Position numbers and translations under genes: made by a program. A stretch of DNA of 64,000 nucleotides from Polyangiaceae bacterium (lineage in GTDB: Bacteria; Myxococcota_A; Polyangia; Polyangiales; Polyangiaceae): NCBI GenBank assembly GCA_035063585.1, contig JAPSGB010000006.1:32001-96000 (forward strand), given 5' to 3'. Of the stretch, positions 8,818 through 18,561 are shown piece by piece. Below the pieces are notes generated by a model. The model saw only the letters and a list, made by a program, of their open reading frames with translations, had not been told where the DNA came from and ran no database searches. How positions within the stretch are numbered: the stretch's first letter is position 1; each line of letters opens with the position of its first letter.

Positions 8818-10197
8818 TCACGAGTCGCGGCGGCCGGCCCCGGCGTCGAGCGCGCTGCGAAGCAGCGCGGCGATTTGCGCCGGATCCGAGTCGTCGAAGG
8901 CGCCGCTCAGCGCGAGCGCGGCGAGCACCGGGATGCCGTGCACCGCGGCGGCGGCGGCGAGCGCCTCGTTCGACGCCGCCGCGGGGAGCTCGACGATGAG
9001 CGCGGTGCCGGGGAGCGTCAGCCCCCAGAGCGGCGCGTAGGCGTCGAGGGTCGGGAGCCCGACCACATCGAGGTCGACCTCCTCGGTGACGCGTAGGGTG
9101 GCGAGCAGGTGGGGGACCGGCGCGGCCGGCGGCGCGTCGGGCGGCGGTGAGGCGTCGACGAGCCGCCGCACCGAGTGCGCGATGGTCGCGATCTGCTGCG
9201 TCGACCCAGCCAGCACGAGGCGCACCGCGCCCGTGAAGCCCGGTCGCACCATGCGACGAACCAACGCGCCGAGCATGGCGAGCTGCTCGGGCGCGGCGAG
9301 CTCCGCGCGCGCGACGCCGCGGCTGATCCGGCGCACCACGCCGCTGTCGAGGAGGCGCGCGAGCGCGCCGATCACCTCTAGATCGGTGCCGGGCACCTCG
9401 TCGAGCAGCTCATCGAGCGAGAGCGGCGCGGTGAGGGTCTCGGCGACGCGACGCACCAGCTCCGGCGCGTCGTCCGGGGGTCGGCCCACCGCCAGCAGAG
9501 CGTCCTCGTCCAGCGCGAGCGCGCGTCGCTCGCGCCGGAGCTCGTCGTTCTGGCGAAGCCCTTCCATGAGGAGCGTGCGGGTGGGCACGCTGATCCGCCG
9601 CATGGGTGCCGCCGCGCCCCCCGCGAAGGCGAAGCTGCCATCGGACTCGCCGAGCACCCGATAGAGGGCCTTCTCGGCCTCGAGCCGCCGGTAGACGGCG
9701 TCGACGATCTCTCCATCCACCATCCGAATCTCGCCGGCGCCGGCGGCGGTAGTGACGCTGAGCACCCCCGTGCGCCGGTTCATTTCGAGGAGCTGCAAGA
9801 GATCGACCACCCCGACCTGCGCGAGGTCGCCGCGGAAATCTCCTCGCTCCGCGGCGACCGGCGCGCCTCGAGGCGGCAACGAGAAGACCTGGAGCGCGAT
9901 CCCGTCGGGATCCGATAGGGTGAGCTCGCCCTCCCGCTGCTCGCTCGGCGCGCCGGCCACCAACGTGATGCGCGGCAGCCTCGCGAAGGACGGCTCGGCG
10001 AGGACCCGCCCGACCGCCTCGACGTCCGCGGCGAAGTCGGAGGAGAGCAGGAGCGCGTCGAGCTGGACGCCGCGCGCCCGGCGGAGCGCGCCGTCCTGCC
10101 CATCGGCGACCAGGACGACCAGCCCGCGCGCACGTAACTCGGAGGCCAGCGTGCCGAGCTTGTCGAGGTCCGGCTCGATGAGGAGCACCGTGCGCAT
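8818..10197 (-). CDS. Pseudo-receiver + DUF4388 + degenerate small-GTPase-like domain protein
   Basis: MRTVLLIEPD start overlaps upstream stop (TGATG); DUF4388 signature FRGDLAQVGVVDLLQLLEMNRRTGVL..GEIVDA..LLMEGLR. Confidence 0.75.
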   Translation of the reverse strand: MRTVLLIEPDLDKLGTLASELRARGLVVLVADGQDGALRRARGVQLDALLLSSDFAADVEAVGRVLAEPSFARLPRITLVAGAPSEQREGELTLSDPDGIALQVFSLPPRGAPVAAERGDFRGDLAQVGVVDLLQLLEMNRRTGVLSVTTAAGAGEIRMVDGEIVDAVYRRLEAEKALYRVLGESDGSFAFAGGAAAPMRRISVPTRTLLMEGLRQNDELRRERRALALDEDALLAVGRPPDDAPELVRRVAETLTAPLSLDELLDEVPGTDLEVIGALARLLDSGVVRRISRGVARAELAAPEQLAMLGALVRRMVRPGFTGAVRLVLAGSTQQIATIAHSVRRLVDASPPPDAPPAAPVPHLLATLRVTEEVDLDVVGLPTLDAYAPLWGLTLPGTALIVELPAAASNEALAAAAAVHGIPVLAALALSGAFDDSDPAQIAALLRSALDAGAGRRDS

Positions 10198-11960
10198 CAG
10201 TCGAGGAGCCTCACGCCGGTGGCGTCCCCGAGCCGTTGCAGCATGAGATCGACCAAGAGCGGGTCGCCGGCGTGCACGGCGCGCACGACGCCGTGCTCGA
10301 CGCGACCGAAGAGCGCGTACACGCCATGCTCGGCGACGATGGTCAGCGCCTCGAGATCGCCGCAGCCGGGCAGGTCGGTGACGTCCACGACGTCGAACTC
10401 TACCGCGTCGCGGTCGCGCCCGAGCGCGGCACGAAGCGCATTGCCGATCGACAGGCCTGCGTGCTGGGTCGCGACCACGCGCGCGCCGCCGCCCCGGCGA
10501 GCCTCGCCGAGGGCGACCACGGCGAGGTCCGCGAGGTCGACCAGCGGCAGCTCGATCAGCCGGCACGCGCACGCGCTCGAGGCATGACCGTGGAGGTCAC
10601 TCGCGTCCCAGAAGAGGGCGTCGACCAGCTCGGCGAGGCTCGACGCCTCGATCCGCAGCCGGCGGACCAGCGATTCAGCGGAGCGTTCCGCGCGATGCCG
10701 CGCGACCGCGAGTAGGCTCGAGAGATCGGCGCCGTCGTGCGGATAGGTCGCCGCGCCGATGCTGACGCGATGACCGGTGCGCGCGCCGCGGCGCGAACCG
10801 AGCGGCCCCTCGAGCGCGTCGATGATCCGACGCCGGCAGGCGTGCGCTCCGATTCCGCCCGTCTCGGGCATCAGCAAGTAAAACTCGGCTTCGTCCACCC
10901 GCGCGAGGATGTCCGTGTCGCGCACCGCGGTGAGCACGCGCTCCACCGCCTCGACGCCCGAGGCGCGTCGGGCCGCTCCGGCCTCGCCGGCCTCTCCAGG
11001 TTCGACGGTGATGGTGGCGAGCGAGAAGCGCCGCCCGTGACGGCGCGACTGATCGATCTCACGGCCCGCGACGTCGACGAAGTACGCAAAAGTGTAGGCG
11101 CTCGAGTTTGGATCCTTCATGACGCCGTGCTTCGACTGCTCGCGCTCCATCAGCAGCGCGAGCACGGTCGCCGCGTGGAGGGTCACGACCTCGGGGGACG
11201 ACAGCGCGCCAGCCCGCTCATCTGCCACGAGGAGCCCGACGTGCTCGTGCTGAGCGGTGAGCCGGAAGACCTCGAGCTCGTGCTCGGCCGCCCAGCGCAT
11301 GAGCTCGAGATCGTCGCAGAACGTCGGCGGCTCGTGCGCCACCCCGCGCATGCTGGCTCGGAAGAGCTGCCGTGAGCCCGCGCCCGCACCGAGATAGAGG
11401 AGCGAGGTCGAGATCCCGACTCGCTCTTCGAGCAAGGCGAGCAGCCCCTCCGCCGCCTCGCGACTGCTCGCGCATTCCGCGAGCCGCGCGACCTGCCCCA
11501 CGAGCTCGGCTTCGCGTAGCGCGCGGCTCGCTTGCCGTTCGAGCGCGCGCCGCGTCGCGAGCTCCGCCTGGCGCGTGCGAGCGTCGGACAGAGCGACGAG
11601 GAGCTCGTCGCCGGAGAGCGGCGTCATGAGAAACCCGGCGGCGCCGAGCGCGATCGCTTGCACGGCGACGTCGGGCGCCTCCGGCGGGACGAGCGCGTAC
11701 ACGCGAACGTTCGGCGCCAGCGCGTGCAGATGATGGACCACGGCGAGGCCGGCGCGGCTGCCGACCGTGACGTCGACGATGACGACGTCGGGCGCCTCGG
11801 CCGCGGCGCGCGCGAGGCCCTCGGCGAGATCGGTCGCGAGAGTCACCTCGTCACCCCCGGAGGCGAGGATGCGCAGGATGAGCTCGCCGATAGCGCCGTC
11901 CTCGACGATCGCCATGACGTGGAGTCGGGGCGACGGCTCGTCGAGCTCAGTCACTCTCAC
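10197..11960 (-). CDS. Receiver-GAF-like-GGDEF protein with degenerate active site
   Basis: PDVVIVD receiver; KDPNSSAYT..REIDQSRRHGRRFSL..VRDTDILARVDEAEF..VSIGAATYP. Confidence 0.8.
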   Translation of the reverse strand: MRVTELDEPSPRLHVMAIVEDGAIGELILRILASGGDEVTLATDLAEGLARAAAEAPDVVIVDVTVGSRAGLAVVHHLHALAPNVRVYALVPPEAPDVAVQAIALGAAGFLMTPLSGDELLVALSDARTRQAELATRRALERQASRALREAELVGQVARLAECASSREAAEGLLALLEERVGISTSLLYLGAGAGSRQLFRASMRGVAHEPPTFCDDLELMRWAAEHELEVFRLTAQHEHVGLLVADERAGALSSPEVVTLHAATVLALLMEREQSKHGVMKDPNSSAYTFAYFVDVAGREIDQSRRHGRRFSLATITVEPGEAGEAGAARRASGVEAVERVLTAVRDTDILARVDEAEFYLLMPETGGIGAHACRRRIIDALEGPLGSRRGARTGHRVSIGAATYPHDGADLSSLLAVARHRAERSAESLVRRLRIEASSLAELVDALFWDASDLHGHASSACACRLIELPLVDLADLAVVALGEARRGGGARVVATQHAGLSIGNALRAALGRDRDAVEFDVVDVTDLPGCGDLEALTIVAEHGVYALFGRVEHGVVRAVHAGDPLLVDLMLQRLGDATGVRLLD

Positions 11961-12760
11961 GTGAGCTCGAGCTCCCCCCGGAAGACCCGGCGGGCGGGTC
12001 CGCGGAGCCGCGCGCCGAGCGTGTCATCGGCGACGATCACCTCGAGCGCCCCGCCCGGCAGACTGACCTCCACCGGCTCGCCGAAGGCGACGCGGCCGGC
12101 GAGGGCGGCCGCGAGCACCGTGGCCACGGCGCCCGTCCCGCACGCGAGCGTCCGCCCCACGCCGCGTTCCCACACGACGAGCTCGATGGCGTTGGCTCCG
12201 GTGAGACGCGCGAACTCCACGTTCGAGCCACCCTCGATGAGAGCCGACACCCGCGGACCGACCTGATCGGCGAGCGCGGGCTCCAAGGGCGCGTCGAAGG
12301 TGATGGCGTGCGGATTCCCCATGGAAATGCGCGCGAAATCGTACGAGCGGCCGTCCACCTTCGCGACCAGCGTCCCGAGCGGCGCGCCGCGGCCCATGTC
12401 GATGGCGACCTCCGCGCGATCGGCGTCGCGCTCGACCTCGCACCCGCGCAGCCCAGCATCGGTCTCCACACCGTAGGTGGCAGCGACCGCGTCGTCAGCG
12501 AGTGCCAGGTGGAGCGCGACGCAGCGCAGGCCATTTCCGCACATCTCGGGGCGGGAGCCGTCCGCGTTCAACACCACCATCCGCGCGCGCGCTTCGAGCG
12601 AGCTCGGCGGCAGCACCAGGAGCACGCCATCGGCCCCCACACCAAAATGGCGATCACAGAGCTTCACGGCGAGCTCAGGTTCGAGCCATTCGGTCGCGGC
12701 GTCGACGACGATGAAGTCGTTGCCGAGCCCCTCGTACTTCCCAAACGTCAGCGAGCGCAT
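11957..12760 (-). CDS. dapF: Diaminopimelate epimerase
   Basis: [43 protein letters not shown]. Confidence 0.95.
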   Translation of the reverse strand: MRSLTFGKYEGLGNDFIVVDAATEWLEPELAVKLCDRHFGVGADGVLLVLPPSSLEARARMVVLNADGSRPEMCGNGLRCVALHLALADDAVAATYGVETDAGLRGCEVERDADRAEVAIDMGRGAPLGTLVAKVDGRSYDFARISMGNPHAITFDAPLEPALADQVGPRVSALIEGGSNVEFARLTGANAIELVVWERGVGRTLACGTGAVATVLAAALAGRVAFGEPVEVSLPGGALEVIVADDTLGARLRGPARRVFRGELELT

Positions 12761-12770
12761 CGCGGGCCGA

Positions 12771-13094
12771 TCATACCGCGCTTCCCGCGCGAGGGGCTCC
12801 GCCGCCGCCGAGACGGGCGCGGAGCGTGGCCGCGTCGAGGCCGGTCACCGCCAGGAGCTTCAGGCGCCCGGTGTCGCCGGTGACGATCCGGAGAGCGCTC
12901 CGCGCGACCCCGAGCCGGCGAGCGAGGAATCCGAGGAGCTCCTGGTTCGCCTCGCCATCGACCGGGGGCGCCGCGATCGCTACCTCGAGCGCGCCCTCTC
13001 GGACGCCCACCGCTCGGGTCCGCGAGGCCCGCGGCTTCACCCGGACGCGAAACCTGAGCGCGCCGTCTGCGGCCCCGACCTCGAGGTCCTCCAT
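12771..13094 (-). CDS. DUF167/YggU family protein
   Basis: [30 protein letters not shown]. Confidence 0.9.
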   Translation of the reverse strand: MEDLEVGAADGALRFRVRVKPRASRTRAVGVREGALEVAIAAPPVDGEANQELLGFLARRLGVARSALRIVTGDTGRLKLLAVTGLDAATLRARLGGGGAPRAGSAV

Positions 13095-13182
13095 GCCAGC
13101 AGTCTTAACACTTTCCAGGGTCTGGCGGTTCGGCGCGCGGTCGAGGGCTGCGGCTCGGTGCGGCCCGCGCTATCATCGGCGC

Positions 13183-14190
13183 ATGCGTGGAGTCTCGAGC
13201 GGGATCGTCCCCGGTGGCTTGGCGTGCGTCGCGCTCTTCTTCTCTTCTGCGACCGCGAGCGCGCAATACGGCCAGCAACCCGGCTACGGCCAGCAACCCG
13301 GCTACGGCCAGCAGCCCGGCTACGGCCAGCAGCCCGGCTACGGCCAGCAACCCGGCTACGGCCAGCAGCCCGGCTACGGCCAGCAACCCGGCTACGGCCA
13401 GCAGCCCGGCTACGGCCAGCAGCCCGGCTACGGCCAGCAGCCCGGCTACGGTCAGCAGCCCGGCTACGGTCAGCAGCCCGGCTACGGTCAGCAGCCCGGC
13501 TACGGCCAGCAGCCCGGCTACGGCCAGCCGCCGCCACCGCCGGCACCGAAGCAGTCCTCGGGCTTCGAGCGCCCCGAGCTCTCGGCGCGCATCGATCCGC
13601 TGAACTGGCTCATCGAGGGGCGGCTGGGCCTGGAGCTCGAGACGGCCGTCTGGAGCTTCATCAGCTTCGAGCTCGTACCCGTGTTCGTGGTGAACTCACA
13701 GCCACCGTTCATGAACAACGTGAGCGGGCTCTCAGGCGTGGAATTCAGCCAGCACTCGAACGGGCTCGGGTCGCTCGCCGGCGCCAGCATCGGCGCCGGC
13801 TTCTGGCTGGATGGGAAGCCGTTCCGAGGCACCGTCCTACGCGTCATCCTGACCAACTTCGGCTACACTTATCGCACCACCGACAGTGCGGACGCGACGA
13901 TCGACGAGGTCGACCACACCGACCGCCACCTCTACGGGTACATCGGCTCACACATGCGCTGGGGCTTCTTCACCATCGCCGGTGGGATGGGGCTCGGGGT
14001 AGAGCTCAACAAGCAGCAGCGGTGCTTCCCCGACGGGACCCTCGAGAACGCGTCGAGCTCGGGGTGCAGCGGGAAATCCTTGCTGATGGCGACGAACCGC
14101 GCCAACCCGAACAGCGCGCCGGTGGACCTGAACGGAGGCCTCTACCCGGTATATCTGATGGGTCGGCTGTCGCTCGGCGTCGTATTTTGA
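13183..14190 (+). CDS. Secreted protein with (YGQQPG)14 repeat and probable outer-membrane beta-barrel
   Basis: Signal peptide ending ASA; hexapeptide repeat; amphipathic strands ending GRLSLGVVF. Confidence 0.7.
   Translation: MRGVSSGIVPGGLACVALFFSSATASAQYGQQPGYGQQPGYGQQPGYGQQPGYGQQPGYGQQPGYGQQPGYGQQPGYGQQPGYGQQPGYGQQPGYGQQPGYGQQPGYGQQPGYGQPPPPPAPKQSSGFERPELSARIDPLNWLIEGRLGLELETAVWSFISFELVPVFVVNSQPPFMNNVSGLSGVEFSQHSNGLGSLAGASIGAGFWLDGKPFRGTVLRVILTNFGYTYRTTDSADATIDEVDHTDRHLYGYIGSHMRWGFFTIAGGMGLGVELNKQQRCFPDGTLENASSSGCSGKSLLMATNRANPNSAPVDLNGGLYPVYLMGRLSLGVVF
13267..13527 (+). repeat. 18-bp tandem repeat, 14 full copies + partial
   Basis: tacgg(c/t)cagca(a/g)cccggc. Confidence 0.95.
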
Positions 14191-14228
14191 GCGGCCTGCG
14201 AGCGAGCGCTGGGAGTACCGCTCACCCC

Positions 14229-14921
14229 ATGGCGAGGCAGAACGTCACCGTGGTCACGGGCGCCTCGGGGAACCTCGGCTCGGCGGTGGTCCGCGAGCTC
14301 GTCGCGCTCGGGCACGCCGTGGTCGCCCTCGTCCATGAGCGGAGCGCGGAGCGAGCGCGCGCGCTCATCGGCTCCCATCCCGGCCTAGTCGTCACGGGCG
14401 ACGCCACCTCGCCCGAGGTATGGGCGAAGCTGCTCGACGAGACCTCGCGCGGCCTGGGAGCGCCGACCGGAGCCGCGCTCATCGCCGGCAGTTGGCGGGG
14501 TGGACGCGACGAGGCCGCCTGGCACGCGATGCTGGAGGCCAACCTGGACACCGCTCGCCTTGGCCTCGACGCGCTCTTGCCGGGTATGGTCGAGCGCGAG
14601 AGCGGGAGCGTGGTCCTGGTCGGCTCGCGCGCGGCCGTTCGGCCCTGGGAGAGCGCGAAAGCCGCCGCCTACGCCGCGACCAAGGCCGCCGTAGTCGCGC
14701 TCGGGAGCGCCGCCGCTGCCGAGGTCCTCGAGAGCGGCGTGCGGATAAACACGGTGCTGCCGAGCACCATCGGGACCCCTCAGAACCGAGCGGCCATGCC
14801 GGACGCGGATGCCTCGCGCTGGGTCGCGCCGGAGAGCATCGCTCGCGTCATCGCGTTTCTCTTGTCGGAAGGCGCGCGCGACGTGAGCGGCGCGGCGATT
14901 CCGGTGTACGGTCGCGCCTGA
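14229..14921 (+). CDS. SDR family oxidoreductase
   Basis: TGASGNLG, YAATK, GVRIN, SGAAIPV. Confidence 0.9.
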   Translation: MARQNVTVVTGASGNLGSAVVRELVALGHAVVALVHERSAERARALIGSHPGLVVTGDATSPEVWAKLLDETSRGLGAPTGAALIAGSWRGGRDEAAWHAMLEANLDTARLGLDALLPGMVERESGSVVLVGSRAAVRPWESAKAAAYAATKAAVVALGSAAAAEVLESGVRINTVLPSTIGTPQNRAAMPDADASRWVAPESIARVIAFLLSEGARDVSGAAIPVYGRA

Positions 14922-14942
14922 CGACCGTAGACTGAGAGAGCT

Positions 14943-15476
14943 ATGAGTCGTCCGCGCGCTCCCGCTCCGCCGTCCTGGGACGACGAACCGACCATCGTCT
15001 GGAGCCCGCCCGACTGGGATCCGGAGGACAGCAAAGCGCCAGGGCCCGCGCCGGTCGCGGCCAAGCCGCCCGAGAACGTGATCGAGGTGGACGTTCGGGA
15101 GATCCCGAGCTCGGTGGCGCTCGGGAGCTACGCGCGCCGCGCCTACGAGATCTGGACCAAGAACCGCATCTACGCGCTGAACGCGCAGCTCGAGTGCATC
15201 GAGGTCATCGATCTCGCGACCGGTCAGAGCGCCCCGAACCACCCCTTCATCGGTGCACGTGCGGCCGGGGGACAGCTCCGGAACGAGCGAGAGAACTCGA
15301 TCTCCTTCCCGCTCCCGGTCCCCGGTGGCGAGGCGGTGTTTCAGCGCCGCGACGCGCAGTCACGCATTCGGCTCTCGGTCACGTCGACGGTAGCTCGCGT
15401 CGTCATGCACGTGCACCGCGTCTCCATCGCGACCACCGACCGCGACGGCGCGTGGAAGCGGATCACGCGCTACTGA
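14943..15476 (+). CDS. Hypothetical protein
   Basis: 177-aa ORF with coding-like composition filling the gap. Confidence 0.7.
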   Translation: MSRPRAPAPPSWDDEPTIVWSPPDWDPEDSKAPGPAPVAAKPPENVIEVDVREIPSSVALGSYARRAYEIWTKNRIYALNAQLECIEVIDLATGQSAPNHPFIGARAAGGQLRNERENSISFPLPVPGGEAVFQRRDAQSRIRLSVTSTVARVVMHVHRVSIATTDRDGAWKRITRY

Positions 15477-15482
15477 GCGCAC

Positions 15483-16223
15483 TCACCAGTACTTCTCGAC
15501 GGTGATGTGCCCCGGCTTGCGGACTCGGTGACGCTCGAGGCCGACGGCGTGGAGCGCGGCCGTCATGTCGGTGATCATGCCGGGGTTGCCACACAGCATG
15601 ACGTGGGAGCGCGTGCTCGACAACGACACGCCAGCCCGCGCTTCGAGCTCTCCGCTCGCGAGAAGATGTGGAATTCGCCCGCGGAGCGCGCCCGGGACCT
15701 CCTCGCGGCTCACCACCGGAACGCGGATCAGCCGAGCCTCGTGCGCGAGCGACAAGGCGTCGAGCTCGTCCGAGTAAGCGAGGTGCGCCGCGTGCCGCAC
15801 GCCGTGAACGAGGACAATCTTCTCGAAGCGCTCCCACACCTCCCGGCTCCGCACGATCGACATGAAGGGTCCGAGCCCGGTGCCGGTCGCGACCATCCAG
15901 AGTTCCTTGGCCTCGGGGACGTAGTGGAGCGTGAAGAATCCCTGCGCGCGGGTCTCGACCTCGACGGGCGCACCGTCGGGGAGCGAGAGCAGGGTGGGTG
16001 TCAGGGCGCCGCCGTCGACGACGGTGAGCAGGAACTCGAGCGGCGCGCCGGGCGCCGACGCGATCGAGTAGGCGCGGCGGATGAGCTCGCCGTCGATCTC
16101 GAGCGCGAGGTTCACCCACTGCCCCGGCTCGAACGGCTCGATGGCAGCGGCGAGGCGGAACGTCGCGAGCCCATCGGCCCACACCCGCCGCTCGACGATG
16201 GTTGCGCTCGTCCAGCCGCTCAT
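15483..16223 (-). CDS. fpr: Ferredoxin--NADP+ reductase (bacterial FPR type)
   Basis: RRAYSIAS, ATGTGLGPF, MLCGNPGM, C-terminal EKYW. Confidence 0.92.
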   Translation of the reverse strand: MSGWTSATIVERRVWADGLATFRLAAAIEPFEPGQWVNLALEIDGELIRRAYSIASAPGAPLEFLLTVVDGGALTPTLLSLPDGAPVEVETRAQGFFTLHYVPEAKELWMVATGTGLGPFMSIVRSREVWERFEKIVLVHGVRHAAHLAYSDELDALSLAHEARLIRVPVVSREEVPGALRGRIPHLLASGELEARAGVSLSSTRSHVMLCGNPGMITDMTAALHAVGLERHRVRKPGHITVEKYW

Positions 16224-16305
16224 GCCCCTGTCGTAGTCGAAGCTCAGGGGCGCTTCCAGTCCGGAGGGTCGGCGCTCCGACGCAAGACCCTCGGTTGACG
16301 AAGCG

Positions 16306-17703
16306 TCACTTCGACCAGGTGGGCGCGTCCGAGACGATCAAGAGCAGGTCGCCCACTTGTCCACCGACTCGAACCTCGAGGACGTGCCGGCCTGCGTCGA
16401 GCGACAGGACCGCGCCGCCCCCGGCAACCGAGAGCGGCGCGCCCGATCGCTCCGCCGTGGAGACTCGCACCGTCGATGGCCGAGCCCCGGGCGACACCGC
16501 GAGCACGTGCACGCGTCGAGCCCGGGGTAGCTCGAGCGCATAGAAGGTCCCCTGCTCCGACGGCTCGGGCGCGTCCACGAACGGGAGCGCGCCGATTTCG
16601 AGCGGGACGCGCTCGCTCCGCTGGCCGGGCGGCGCAGGCGGCTCCGGGTCGAGCGCGGCGTCCGCCTCGAGCGCGCGCCGCGCGCGATCGAGCGCGTCCA
16701 GACTCACCAGATTGCGCACGTTGTAGCCGTGCTCGAGCCCGGCCGCGCGGAGGTCGCAGGCGTCGAAGCCGAGCCTCCCCGCGTAGGTCGAGGGGTGGAT
16801 CCCGAACTTCGTGAGCCCGTGTCGTGGCACGGACTCGAGCGCGCGGTGGTAGTCGACGAACGGGACCGCGCGGCGCATCGCGACGCCGCGCACGATGGCA
16901 TTATAGCGCGGCACCCAGGTGTCGCGGCTCGGCTTGTCGAGCCGCGGTGGGATGGAAGAGAGGAGCGGGATCGTCCCGCGCCGGGTGAGCACGTCGACCA
17001 CCTCGAAGAGATCGCGCGCGTAACCCTGGGGGTTCTGCGCCTCGAGGTCGTTGGTGCCGTACATGACCAGCGCGAAGCGCGCGCGCGTCCGGTGGAGCTC
17101 GACCTCGAGCGGGGTGGGCGCGCCGCGAAGGAGCTTCCAGGCGCTCCAGCCAACCGCCGCGGCGCGGCTCTCGCGGAAGAAGGGGTCGCGACCGCCCGCG
17201 TCTCCGCGTCGGAAGAACTCGAGGGTCGGCGCCAGGTCGCCGCGCTCGCCGAGGTCGACGTGATGGAGGCGATGCCGACGCGAGAAGCAATAGAGGAAGT
17301 CTGCGCTCGCGGTGATCGAGTCGCCGAGCTTCGCGAACACGTCGGCGCGAAGCGAAGGATCCCGCGCGGCGATTTCCCGGAGCGACGCGGCGACCCGAGC
17401 GGTGATGGGCGACTGAACGCGATCGGCCGGATACCAGACGAGACGCGCGCGCTGCTCGCTCGCGTCCGGCACCGGCGTCGCGGTCGGTGGACGGGCGCGC
17501 GCCGGCGCTGGGGGCGGCGCGCTCGGCAGCGGCCCGACCGCACTAGGCGCCGAGAGCGGCGCCGGGGCGGGCGCGGAGCCGGACGGCGCGGTTCCCGGAG
17601 CACGTGACGACGAGTCGTCGCATCCGGGCATGATGAGCACGAGCGCCATGGTCGCGACGCGCCGCGGCAGACTCGCCGCGCGGAGCACGCGCCGAACCGA
17701 CAT
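16306..17703 (-). CDS. SGNH/GDSL hydrolase family lipoprotein (start uncertain)
   Basis: LGDSIT, YGTND, GIHP; lipobox-like IMPGC. Confidence 0.75.
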   Translation of the reverse strand: MSVRRVLRAASLPRRVATMALVLIMPGCDDSSSRAPGTAPSGSAPAPAPLSAPSAVGPLPSAPPPAPARARPPTATPVPDASEQRARLVWYPADRVQSPITARVAASLREIAARDPSLRADVFAKLGDSITASADFLYCFSRRHRLHHVDLGERGDLAPTLEFFRRGDAGGRDPFFRESRAAAVGWSAWKLLRGAPTPLEVELHRTRARFALVMYGTNDLEAQNPQGYARDLFEVVDVLTRRGTIPLLSSIPPRLDKPSRDTWVPRYNAIVRGVAMRRAVPFVDYHRALESVPRHGLTKFGIHPSTYAGRLGFDACDLRAAGLEHGYNVRNLVSLDALDRARRALEADAALDPEPPAPPGQRSERVPLEIGALPFVDAPEPSEQGTFYALELPRARRVHVLAVSPGARPSTVRVSTAERSGAPLSVAGGGAVLSLDAGRHVLEVRVGGQVGDLLLIVSDAPTWSK

Positions 17704-17728
17704 CCCTAGTAGACTGCTCGGCTGGGCG

Positions 17729-18451
17729 TCAGCTCGGCGCCCGCTCGATTTGCTCGACGGCCACCTGTCCGACGAGCTCGAGCGCGTCCACGTCATGGCG
17801 ACGGAAGCCGTGGCCGCGGCGGCCGAGCTCGATGAAGGCGAGGAGCTCTCTCTCGCGGAGGATCGGCAGCATCGCGACGCCGCTCAGCTCGCGGACTCCG
17901 CCGGTGAGGCGCGCGGCGACGGCGCGATGCACGCCGGTCGAGTCCGGGGCGCCGAGGACGATCCGCCGGGCTCGGGCAGCGCCGAGCGCGAGATCCGACG
18001 GCGCGATCCGCGCGCCGAGCAGCCCGTGGGTCCCATCGCCGTGCGCGGCGCGCGTGATCGGTGACTCCCAGGGACTCGCGAGGCGATGCGCGAACCCGAC
18101 CTCCGCGCCGGTGGCAGCGACCGCGGCGTGGAGCGCGAAGAGCAGCACCTCGCCGGTGTCCCGCCCGTGGCGGATGAGCCCCGCCGCCTTCACGCCGGGG
18201 CGCTCGAGCGCGTTCTGCACGCCGCCGCCGAACCCCTGCGCGCGCCGAAGCGCGGCGACCTCACGGATCTCACCGAGGGCGCGCCAGCTCCCCCAGGTGA
18301 GCTCGCGCACCCAGCAGTCGTCGGGCACGCGCCCGTGAAATACTCCGCGGAGGAGCAGGTCGGTGCGGACCGGACCGACCGTGGTCTCGCCGTTGCTGAC
18401 GAACCAGAGCGGCGGGGGTTGGCGAAGTTGGATGGGGCGGGAGAGCTGCAC
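17729..18451 (-). CDS. GYF_2-like + GAF domain protein
   Basis: WFVSNGETTVGPV..DCWV..W; VAMLPI..FIELG..DALELV; AGGAGG upstream of GTG 18451. Confidence 0.65.
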   Translation of the reverse strand: MQLSRPIQLRQPPPLWFVSNGETTVGPVRTDLLLRGVFHGRVPDDCWVRELTWGSWRALGEIREVAALRRAQGFGGGVQNALERPGVKAAGLIRHGRDTGEVLLFALHAAVAATGAEVGFAHRLASPWESPITRAAHGDGTHGLLGARIAPSDLALGAARARRIVLGAPDSTGVHRAVAARLTGGVRELSGVAMLPILRERELLAFIELGRRGHGFRRHDVDALELVGQVAVEQIERAPS

Positions 18452-18561
18452 GGCGAACCTCCTGGTGGGCTGAACGCGATTTTCCCGCGCCTCACCTCCA
18501 GCGGGCCAACTACCGTGCAGCTCTGCGCTCCGCGGGGCGCCGCCGGGCCCGACCCCGTCCG

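Noticed and set aside
13267..13527. Regular repeat arrays (also 21726-21941, 23289-23490, 39649-39750) as CRISPR
   Set aside because: No unique spacers, unit lengths are multiples of 3, all in-frame within CDSs, no cas genes
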